In this document: in pieces, positions 57,087-64,000 of the stretch
Layout of the letters: every line of letters begins with the position of its first letter
Position numbering within the stretch: position 1 is the stretch's first letter
Assembly: GCA_965240855.1 (NCBI GenBank)
Contig: CBDEMG010000060.1
Span: 8,006 to 72,005 of the forward strand
Reading direction: 5' to 3'
DNA from: an uncultured Bacteroidia bacterium
GTDB lineage: Bacteria > Bacteroidota > Bacteroidia > Bacteroidales > CAJPTX01
Length of the DNA stretch: 64,000 nucleotides
Position numbers and translations under genes: made by a program
The notes under the pieces: generated by a model
The model's database searches: none
The model's input: the letters and a program-made list of their open reading frames with translations, nothing else
Told to the model about the DNA's origin: nothing

Positions 57087-59001
57087 TGCTCCCTCCTGAG
57101 CTGCCTGAGAAAAGTAACGATGAGACATCTTGCGCTAGTAGATATACTTTACGATTCCCATCGTGCGAAAAAGAGAGTAGGGTTGCATAGAGGAAGCTAT
57201 TGCTATAGCCCTTCCACGACAATAACCGTGTCTGCGCAAAGCCATCTAAAACTCTTGTCCAGACCGTAGCAAAGACATCTTCCTGACCACTAGTCGTATA
57301 TGCGGTGGCAACATCCTTCAAATTCATTGTAACCAATTCCACGATGCCTTTTTGATGCACATAGTCTTCAAAACGTCTATTACCTCGTACATAGATCCCC
57401 GTTTCTGCAAACTCTGCATAATATACTGACTGCTCTACCACATTCTCCAAAATCTCAAACTCCTGCGTCCTACGCGTCATCTCCTCTTGCGTGGCCTGCA
57501 TTTCCTCCATATTTTGCCGCATCTCCTCCTCTTGCGAACGCATGGCTTCGCGCTGCTCTTGCGATTGTTGAAGAAGTTCTGCCGTCCGCTGATTGGTCTG
57601 AGCTTGTTGCAAAGTCTGTGCAATACTTACAGAGAGCAACTGTGCAAAGGTGACCATATACGGAGCAAAACCCTTCAACGAAGCTAACTCGAGCACACCA
57701 AGTAGCGCATCGTCTGTCTTAAGCGGCACGAGTAACAACTCCTTCGGGGGGATATTCCCAATACCAGAAGTTATATCGCAGTACTCGGGCGGTAGTACAT
57801 CGATGTGCACAAGATCTCGTTCTATAGCACATGTCCCAACTAGCCCCTCGCCAAGAGGAAGATCTTCTTGCATATATTTTTTACGATTGTATGCAAAAGC
57901 AGAAGCAAGGTGTAGTACTGTTCCACTCTTTCGCTCTTGTGCTAAATACAATCCACCTTGCGTCGCATCAAGATAATTTACCACCCGCTGTAGCAGGATA
58001 TCTACAAGTTCGGCTATATCATTACTATTTTCTCGCAAGAGCTTGGCAAACTCCGCTAGTCCTTCGTTTGTCCAACTTCGTATACGCTCAGCCTCCTTTA
58101 AGGTCTCTGCCTCTTGCTTCTGTTTTTGTAAATTGCTTCGAAGCTCTAGCAACGAATTGCCTAACGCATCATTTAATCCCAATGGAGTATACTCCTGCAT
58201 TAGATTATCGGCAGCCAGATGACGCACAAAAGAGGTTGTATTGGAAAGCCCCTCTATGACTTTATTCAACTCCGTTACTATTGAGTTGCCCTCTAAATGC
58301 ATACTATTATTGGGCATCGGATCGGGTAAACTCCCCTCTGCTAGTAGCGAGAGATCTCGCAATAATGCTTGATTAAAACGCCTTTCACGACGCATATATA
58401 GGGTCAGCATCAACCACGCCAACAAGCTCCCTACTAAGAAGAGCCCCCAACTGTATATTCGCAATGTATTGAGCCCCGCATCAAAAACAGAATCAGAGAC
58501 CTCGATCGCAAGAAAGCAATCGAGATCGCGAACGTATGTATAAATCACCTCGCGTTCCTCTTGCTGCGAATCACCGAAATTAATGCGCATAGTACCCCTA
58601 CGACTCGGGGAGGAGGACATTAAATCCAACACCTCGCGCGAGAGACGATCGCCATCCCTGAAAAAATGGAAGTTTATCTCCCCCGTCATTTGTACAACAA
58701 ACGGATAGCCCGTATTGCCATACATTGGGTCACGAAACAAGGTCCGTATCCTTGCATGCGCTGCAGTGTCCAATTTATGGAAATCGAGATCGAGCATCTC
58801 TAGAGTTTGCGAGAACTTCTCCGCAAAGCTCTCCAATGTACGTCCCAGCTGGTCGTGCGACTCTTTGTATATCAGACGACCAAAAATGTAAAAGCTAAAC
58901 CCTAGGAAAAGGATCAGCGAACCCGTAGTTAATACTCGAGCACGCACCGAACGCCAAAGTCCTCTAGTGGCTCTTATCAAACGAGAGAAAAACTCATGCA
59001 T
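57079..59001 (-). CDS. Membrane receptor: TM - single-Cache-like ectodomain - TM - HAMP-like - GAF - EEM heptad coiled coil - PAS-like
   Basis: 640 aa with TM helices at about 24-44 and 183-203. The ectodomain contains GYPFVVQMTGEINFHFF. A DALGNSLLELRSNL segment precedes the GAF domain (TQGGLYLA...GEGLVGTCA...LGVLELAS). The coil is SQEEEMRQNMEEMQATQEEM, followed by a roughly 110-aa PAS-like C-terminus. Confidence 0.8.
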   Translation of the reverse strand: MHEFFSRLIRATRGLWRSVRARVLTTGSLILFLGFSFYIFGRLIYKESHDQLGRTLESFAEKFSQTLEMLDLDFHKLDTAAHARIRTLFRDPMYGNTGYPFVVQMTGEINFHFFRDGDRLSREVLDLMSSSPSRRGTMRINFGDSQQEEREVIYTYVRDLDCFLAIEVSDSVFDAGLNTLRIYSWGLFLVGSLLAWLMLTLYMRRERRFNQALLRDLSLLAEGSLPDPMPNNSMHLEGNSIVTELNKVIEGLSNTTSFVRHLAADNLMQEYTPLGLNDALGNSLLELRSNLQKQKQEAETLKEAERIRSWTNEGLAEFAKLLRENSNDIAELVDILLQRVVNYLDATQGGLYLAQERKSGTVLHLASAFAYNRKKYMQEDLPLGEGLVGTCAIERDLVHIDVLPPEYCDITSGIGNIPPKELLLVPLKTDDALLGVLELASLKGFAPYMVTFAQLLSVSIAQTLQQAQTNQRTAELLQQSQEQREAMRSQEEEMRQNMEEMQATQEEMTRRTQEFEILENVVEQSVYYAEFAETGIYVRGNRRFEDYVHQKGIVELVTMNLKDVATAYTTSGQEDVFATVWTRVLDGFAQTRLLSWKGYSNSFLYATLLSFSHDGNRKVYLLAQDVSSLLFSGSSGGSNV

Positions 59002-59006
59002 CGCTA

Positions 59007-59852
59007 CTAATCTTTACGCACATAAACCTGCGAGACTCGTTCAAATTTATCTGCCCACGACCCCATAATCGACTCATGAGCGCCCAATATCAAGACTCCC
59101 CCTGGATACAAATTGCGATAAAAGACTTCGAAGAGACGATTTTGCAGGCCTGCATTAAAGTATATCAGGACGTTGCGACAAAATATTATATCGTAACGAA
59201 CGAAAAAAGGATTGATTCCCTTTACGAGATCGTTCTTGCGGAAAGTCGGTTTCTTACGCAACCACTCGTGTATCTGAATCAGGTCACGTCCCTCATCTAT
59301 CTTAAAATACTTGGTATAAGGGACGGAGAGCTTCTCCTCGTAATTTAAGGGGTTCGTATTAATAACTAAGTCGAAATTGTCCAGATACGAGAGATTAAAA
59401 CGATAGCGATACTCCCCTTTTTGTGCAGCTTCAAGTATTTTCGTATTGATATCGCTTGCATATACGCGAGCCTTATCGTACAGATCTAACTCGTAAAGGA
59501 GCATTAGGTTTGAATATACCTCTTGCCCCATCGAGCAACCAGCATGCCAAACATTGAGATAATTCTGATTCCTGAATCGAGGGAAAATTCGCGAACGAAG
59601 TAAGAGCCAGACGGAGGGATCGCGGAACAATTCACTCGTATTGACTGTAATCGCCTCTACAACTTTTTCGCCATACGTCGCATCCTGAGCTATACGAACA
59701 AGGAGTTCGTTGATAGTCAGACGCTCATCATCTAGCACTTTGTAGAGTCGACGACGTAAGGAACGATCCGAATAATCGCTCAGATCGTATGAAGTATACA
59801 GCTGCAATGCTGTCACAAAACGCGTCAAGTCGTCTGAAATTTCTATCGCCAC
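59007..59852 (-). CDS. cheR: CheR-type protein-glutamate O-methyltransferase
   Basis: 281 aa with a GTG start preceded by TAAGGAG. Motifs are TSELFRDPSVW, VWHAGCSMGQEVYS, ASDINTKILEAAQKGEY and YDIIFCRNVLIYF. Confidence 0.85.
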   Translation of the reverse strand: MAIEISDDLTRFVTALQLYTSYDLSDYSDRSLRRRLYKVLDDERLTINELLVRIAQDATYGEKVVEAITVNTSELFRDPSVWLLLRSRIFPRFRNQNYLNVWHAGCSMGQEVYSNLMLLYELDLYDKARVYASDINTKILEAAQKGEYRYRFNLSYLDNFDLVINTNPLNYEEKLSVPYTKYFKIDEGRDLIQIHEWLRKKPTFRKNDLVKGINPFFVRYDIIFCRNVLIYFNAGLQNRLFEVFYRNLYPGGVLILGAHESIMGSWADKFERVSQVYVRKD

Positions 59853-59899
59853 CTTGCTTACTCCTTACAACTCTATACACTTGTTAGCCTCGCTTATAT

Positions 59900-61717
59900 C
59901 TACCAAATCTGCATCTTATAGAGACGAGCATAGAGACCTCCTCGCTCCAACAATTCGTCGTGTTGCCCCATCTCAACGATATTCCCATCATCCAGTACAC
60001 ATATCAAATCTGCTCGCTTGATGGTCGAGAGTCTGTGTGCAATAACTATCGAAGTCCTATTTTCCATTAAGTGCTCAAGAGCCTCCTGTACCAATCGTTC
60101 CGAAGCCGTATCGAGTGAGGAGGTCGCCTCGTCTAAAATCATAATGGGCGGATTCTTCAAAATTGCTCTGGCAATACTCAAGCGCTGGCGTTGACCACCC
60201 GATAACCGACTCCCTCGATCTCCTATCCGTGTTTGGTATCCCTCTTCGGTTTCCATGATGAAGTCGTGCGCATTAGCAATTCTCGCTGCGCGCTCGACCT
60301 CTTCTACAGTAGCCGACTCTACTCCAAAAGTTATATTGTTGTAAAAAGTATCATTGAAGAGGATCGGCTCCTGATTCACATTCCCCATCAAAGCACGGAG
60401 ATCTGTAATCTTGTAATCCCGAATATCGTGTCCATCGAGTAGAATTGCCCCTTCGGAGACATCGTAAAATCGCGGCAAAAGATCTACAAACGTAGTCTTC
60501 CCCGAGCCGGAATGCCCAACTAAGGCCACCGTCATACCTCTTCGAATCGTCAGATTTACACCATGTAAAATCTCGCGCTGATCGTATGCAAAACGCACAT
60601 TGCGATACTCTATCGCCTCCTTAAATTCTGGTGCAGGTAATGGCTTTTGGGGAGACTTTATAGGATTTTCAGCATTTAATATAGTATCGATCCTCTCTGC
60701 AGAGGCAAACCCTTTCAAGAGACTGAAATAGGAGGACGAGAAGGATTTGGCTGGATTTAAAATCATATAAAATAAGCCCATATAGCCAATTAAAGCCTCC
60801 GGACTCACGGCATGTTCAGGAGCAAAGACCAAGCTACCACCATACCAAAGCAGACAACCCATCACAACAGTTCCTAAAAATTCGCTCAATGGGCTCGCTA
60901 AATCTTGCCTACGACTTACCTGGAGCGCCATTTTCGTATAACCATCGTTCTCTCGCATAAAGCGTTCGTAGCTTCGTTTCTCCGCATTAAATGCTTTCAC
61001 TATACGCAAGCCCCCCAATGTTTCCTCTATTAAAGAGAATAAAAAGCCCAATTTCTGTTGCGTTTTATTCGAACTTTGTTTCAGATTTTTACCGATCCGA
61101 CCAATTACCAGCCCCGAGAGAGGTAACAAAACCATGACAAACAACGTAAGATGCCAACTAACAATGAGCAGACCCGTGAAATGCACAATAATCACTACGG
61201 GCTCCTTAAAAAACATATCCATAGAGCGCATAATGGAGTATTCTACTTCCCCCACATCATTAGACATCTTACTCATAATATCTCCTTTACGCTCATCGGT
61301 ATAGTAGCCGAGCGGTAGGTATAAAATCTTGTGAAAGAGTTGCGAACGAAGATTGCGTACAATACCCAGACGAATAGGTGCAAGATGCCACGAAGCCAAG
61401 TAAGTAAACAGGTTTTTGAGTAGTGCATTGATGGCAATAAAGACAATCACTCCGAAGAGCGCCCACTCCTTGCCGTGCAAACGGATAACTTGGCTAATAT
61501 AGAAATAGAGCGTATTCGAGATAGTCTCAAGGTTGAAATGAAATTCGGGACACTCTTCAACCAATGGCATTGTACCAAACAAGACGCCAAGAAATGGGAT
61601 CAATAATGACAGGGAGAAGAGCGAAAAAAAAGCTCCCAAGACATTAAAACCAATATTGGCTATTGCTCTCCACTTAAAGGGAAGCAAATAGCCTAACAGT
61701 CGCTTAAGATCTTTCAT
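59900..61717 (-). CDS. ABC exporter, fused TMD-NBD (MsbA/lipid-exporter-like)
   Basis: 605 aa with a 6-TM exporter domain, Walker A GHSGSGKTT, signature LSGGQRQR and Walker B MILDEATSSLD. 4-nt overlap with purB. Confidence 0.85.
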   Translation of the reverse strand: MKDLKRLLGYLLPFKWRAIANIGFNVLGAFFSLFSLSLLIPFLGVLFGTMPLVEECPEFHFNLETISNTLYFYISQVIRLHGKEWALFGVIVFIAINALLKNLFTYLASWHLAPIRLGIVRNLRSQLFHKILYLPLGYYTDERKGDIMSKMSNDVGEVEYSIMRSMDMFFKEPVVIIVHFTGLLIVSWHLTLFVMVLLPLSGLVIGRIGKNLKQSSNKTQQKLGFLFSLIEETLGGLRIVKAFNAEKRSYERFMRENDGYTKMALQVSRRQDLASPLSEFLGTVVMGCLLWYGGSLVFAPEHAVSPEALIGYMGLFYMILNPAKSFSSSYFSLLKGFASAERIDTILNAENPIKSPQKPLPAPEFKEAIEYRNVRFAYDQREILHGVNLTIRRGMTVALVGHSGSGKTTFVDLLPRFYDVSEGAILLDGHDIRDYKITDLRALMGNVNQEPILFNDTFYNNITFGVESATVEEVERAARIANAHDFIMETEEGYQTRIGDRGSRLSGGQRQRLSIARAILKNPPIMILDEATSSLDTASERLVQEALEHLMENRTSIVIAHRLSTIKRADLICVLDDGNIVEMGQHDELLERGGLYARLYKMQIW

Positions 61718-63129
61718 TCCTTGTCTTCCTGCCCTACTAGGAGCACTTGCGGAACGATCCCTGTATAGGTATAGGGCGAGATCTTTCGTAGCTCTTCTTT
61801 TACCGCCACACTCACATCTAGCTTAGCGATAAAATCCTCTACCATCTCGCGATTCGGACGCGTCTCACGCCTCGAAAGTTCTTTCAGCAATTCGTAGGCA
61901 TTCGGAATCCCCTCGCGCCGTAATACAACCTGGATTCCTTCTGCAACAACCTCCCAATGTGCTTCAAGATCTCGCTCTAAGATTTCTTTGTGCAGCGAAA
62001 TCCGACTCAAGCCTTTCTTGAGCGATTGCAATGCAATAACCGTATGTCCGAGTGGAACGCCTATGTTTCGGATTACCGTACTATCCGTCAGATCGCGCTG
62101 TAAACGGCTCACTGGCAACTTTGTTGCTAAGTGCTCCAATATTGCATTGGCCAATCCAAGATTCCCTTCAGCATTCTCAAAATCTATCGGATTTACTTTG
62201 TGTGGCATTGCAGACGACCCCACCTCGTTTGCGACGATTGCCTGACGGAAGTAATCCATCGAAATATAGATCCACATATCCCGAGCAAAATCTATCAATA
62301 TCGTGTTGATTCGTCGCAAGGCATCGAAAATGGCAGCGAGGTTATCGTAATTATCAATTTGTGTAGTAACCTCACTACGAGCAAGACCTAGACGATCATT
62401 CACAAACGAATTGGCAAAAGCCTCCCAGTCTATCGCAGGATATGCCAAATGGTGTGCATTGAAATTGCCTGTAGCGCCACCGAATTTGGCAGAGGCAGGG
62501 ATATTACGCAACGCATCTAATTGTACTCGAAGGCGTGACGTAAACACACCAATTTCTTTACCCAGTACTGTTGGCGAGGCTGGCTGACCATGCGTTCTAG
62601 CCAACATCGGGATATCAATCCACGCTGCCACAAGAGCATCCAAACGTTGCAAAACCTCAGTGAGCAAAGGATAATAGACTTGGTGCACAGCATCCTTTAG
62701 CATACGAGGAAACGCCGTGTTGTTTATATCTTGACTCGTGAGACCGAAATGCACAAATTCGGCAAAGCGTTCGATATGCAGTTCTGCAAATTTATCTCGC
62801 AAATAGTATTCCACTGATTTTACATCATGGTTTGTTTGGGTCTCTATTCCCTTTACAAGTAGCGCTTGCGTATCATCAAACTCCTGATAGAGTGCGCGCA
62901 AATCGTCAAACTTTTCCTTAGGAAAAGATTCCAACTCTGGAAGCGGGAGCTCACAGAGTGCAATAAAATATTCTACCTCTACAATTATCCGATAGCGAAT
63001 TAATGCGAATTCGGAAAAATAATCACGCAGCCGTACTGTTTTTGCTTCGTAACGCCCATCTAAAGGCGACAATGCATGTAACGCTTCAAAATCCATTACA
63101 AACCTCTTTCCAGCACTTTCCTCTACCAA
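61714..63129 (-). CDS. purB: Adenylosuccinate lyase
   Basis: 471 aa with the fumarate-lyase signature GSSAMPHKVNPIDFEN and a PurB-type N-terminus LSPLDGRY. Confidence 0.93.
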   Translation of the reverse strand: MVEESAGKRFVMDFEALHALSPLDGRYEAKTVRLRDYFSEFALIRYRIIVEVEYFIALCELPLPELESFPKEKFDDLRALYQEFDDTQALLVKGIETQTNHDVKSVEYYLRDKFAELHIERFAEFVHFGLTSQDINNTAFPRMLKDAVHQVYYPLLTEVLQRLDALVAAWIDIPMLARTHGQPASPTVLGKEIGVFTSRLRVQLDALRNIPASAKFGGATGNFNAHHLAYPAIDWEAFANSFVNDRLGLARSEVTTQIDNYDNLAAIFDALRRINTILIDFARDMWIYISMDYFRQAIVANEVGSSAMPHKVNPIDFENAEGNLGLANAILEHLATKLPVSRLQRDLTDSTVIRNIGVPLGHTVIALQSLKKGLSRISLHKEILERDLEAHWEVVAEGIQVVLRREGIPNAYELLKELSRRETRPNREMVEDFIAKLDVSVAVKEELRKISPYTYTGIVPQVLLVGQEDKE

Positions 63130-63147
63130 AACTAATTGTATAACTCG

Positions 63148-64000
63148 CTAATCGAGTGTACGAACAATCTCCGTCAGACGGAAGGCCTCTATCAAGTCCC
63201 CAATCTTAATATCGTTGTAATTCTTAACGCTTAAACCGCACTCTTGCCCATTTATTACCTCTTTAGCCTCATCTTTATAGTGCTTGAGGGAGAGGAGATC
63301 GCTAGTATATACGACGATCCCATCGCGGATTATACGAACCTTACTACCACGAAGAATCTTCCCTTCTCGTACTATGCAGCCTGCAATTGTCCCAACCTTC
63401 GAGATTCGGAACGTTTCGCGAACTTCGGCTGTTCCCAAAACCTCCTCTTTAATTTCGGGCGAGAGCATCCCTAGCATTGCTTGACGAACCTCCTCTATAG
63501 CATCATAAATTACTGAATATAGATGTACATCAATGTTCTTCTCTGTTGCCATACGCTTTGCCTCTGTACTAGGACGCACTTGGAAACCTATAATTAAAGC
63601 ATCCGAAGTCTCTGCTAGGCTGATATCTGACGGCAAAATCTGTCCTACACTTTTGGAGATTACAGCGATCTGAACCTCCTCAGTAGAGAGTTTAAGTAAT
63701 GAATCTGCTAGAGCTTCTACAGAGCCATCAACATCTGCTTTTAATATTATATTCAGCGTCTTTAGTTCACCAAGAGCACGACGACGTCCAATCTCATCAA
63801 ATGAGATTGGTTTGCGCGAATTCATCTCCTGAAGCCTACGGATACGCCCTATCTTGGTTGCCATATCCCGAGCCTCTTTATCTGAATCAACTACCAATAA
63901 GTGATCTCCTGCAGTGGGTTTCCCATTGAGTCCCATCACCATGGCGGGCATAGAGGGCGGAACCTCCAAAACGCCACGAGGATGTTTATCATCACCTGGG
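63148..64000 (-). CDS. infB: Translation initiation factor IF-2, C-terminal part (5' end beyond the window)
   Basis: The frame stays open to the window edge (...PGDDKHPRGVLEVPP...). IF-2 C-terminal domains are present (MGLNGKPTAGD, ILKADVDGSVEAL, GCIVREGKI). Confidence 0.9.
   Translation of the reverse strand, partial: PGDDKHPRGVLEVPPSMPAMVMGLNGKPTAGDHLLVVDSDKEARDMATKIGRIRRLQEMNSRKPISFDEIGRRRALGELKTLNIILKADVDGSVEALADSLLKLSTEEVQIAVISKSVGQILPSDISLAETSDALIIGFQVRPSTEAKRMATEKNIDVHLYSVIYDAIEEVRQAMLGMLSPEIKEEVLGTAEVRETFRISKVGTIAGCIVREGKILRGSKVRIIRDGIVVYTSDLLSLKHYKDEAKEVINGQECGLSVKNYNDIKIGDLIEAFRLTEIVRTLD

Noticed and set aside
46645-59852. A hidden cheA/cheW/cheY, histidine kinase or GGDEF gene within or between the cluster genes
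   Set aside because: All gaps are 66 nt or less. Every ORF of 60 aa or more on the coding strand is accounted for. No HATPase-plus-HisKA, P1-P5, REC or GGDEF motifs were seen in any translation.

Overview
64-kb chromosomal segment from an FCB-group, Bacteroidota-like bacterium. Lineage evidence: an rpsL-rpsG-fusA-rpsJ order with no tuf gene, a porP-gldKLMN type IX secretion operon, TAnnTTTG -7 promoter boxes, and mostly Shine-Dalgarno-less starts. Most genes lie on the minus strand, and the plus strand is C-rich/G-poor throughout, including intergenic DNA. Content by region: (1) 1-11.8 kb holds the str/S10/spc ribosomal-protein cluster with fusA. (2) 12.4-24 kb holds a DprA-like gene, a 1354-aa LRR protein with a T9SS C-terminal sorting domain, and the T9SS core operon porP-gldK-gldL-gldM-gldN. 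(3) 24.7-37 kb is housekeeping: topA, groES/groEL, a CAP-like exported protein, comF-like, gpx, birA, valS, typA. (4) 37.3-45.6 kb holds plus-strand genes: a two-gene module (unknown protein plus a cytoplasmic trypsin-like protease with a zinc ribbon) whose members share a YbjN/T3SS-chaperone-like domain, then tRNA-Cys, ugd, a canonical Cache-HAMP methyl-accepting chemotaxis protein, murF and a BadF/NagK-family kinase. (5) 46.6-59.9 kb is the most unusual part. It is an 11-gene, tightly packed minus-strand cluster encoding CheR, a divergent CheR paralog, a receiver-less CheB, three GAF paralogs (a Cache-GAF-PAS membrane receptor, a small TM-coil-GAF protein, and a TM-GAF-PAS-PAS-PP2C phosphatase), a SiaB-family kinase, a SiaC/DUF1987 phosphoprotein, a 1046-aa ABCG-like transporter with an N-terminal regulatory region, and two exported proteins. 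It has no CheA/CheW/CheY, histidine kinase, response regulator or GGDEF gene. (6) 59.9-64 kb holds an MsbA-like ABC exporter, purB and the 3' part of infB. I saw no CRISPR array, transposase, integrase or rRNA. All functional calls rest on reading motifs in the supplied translations. No database search was run.
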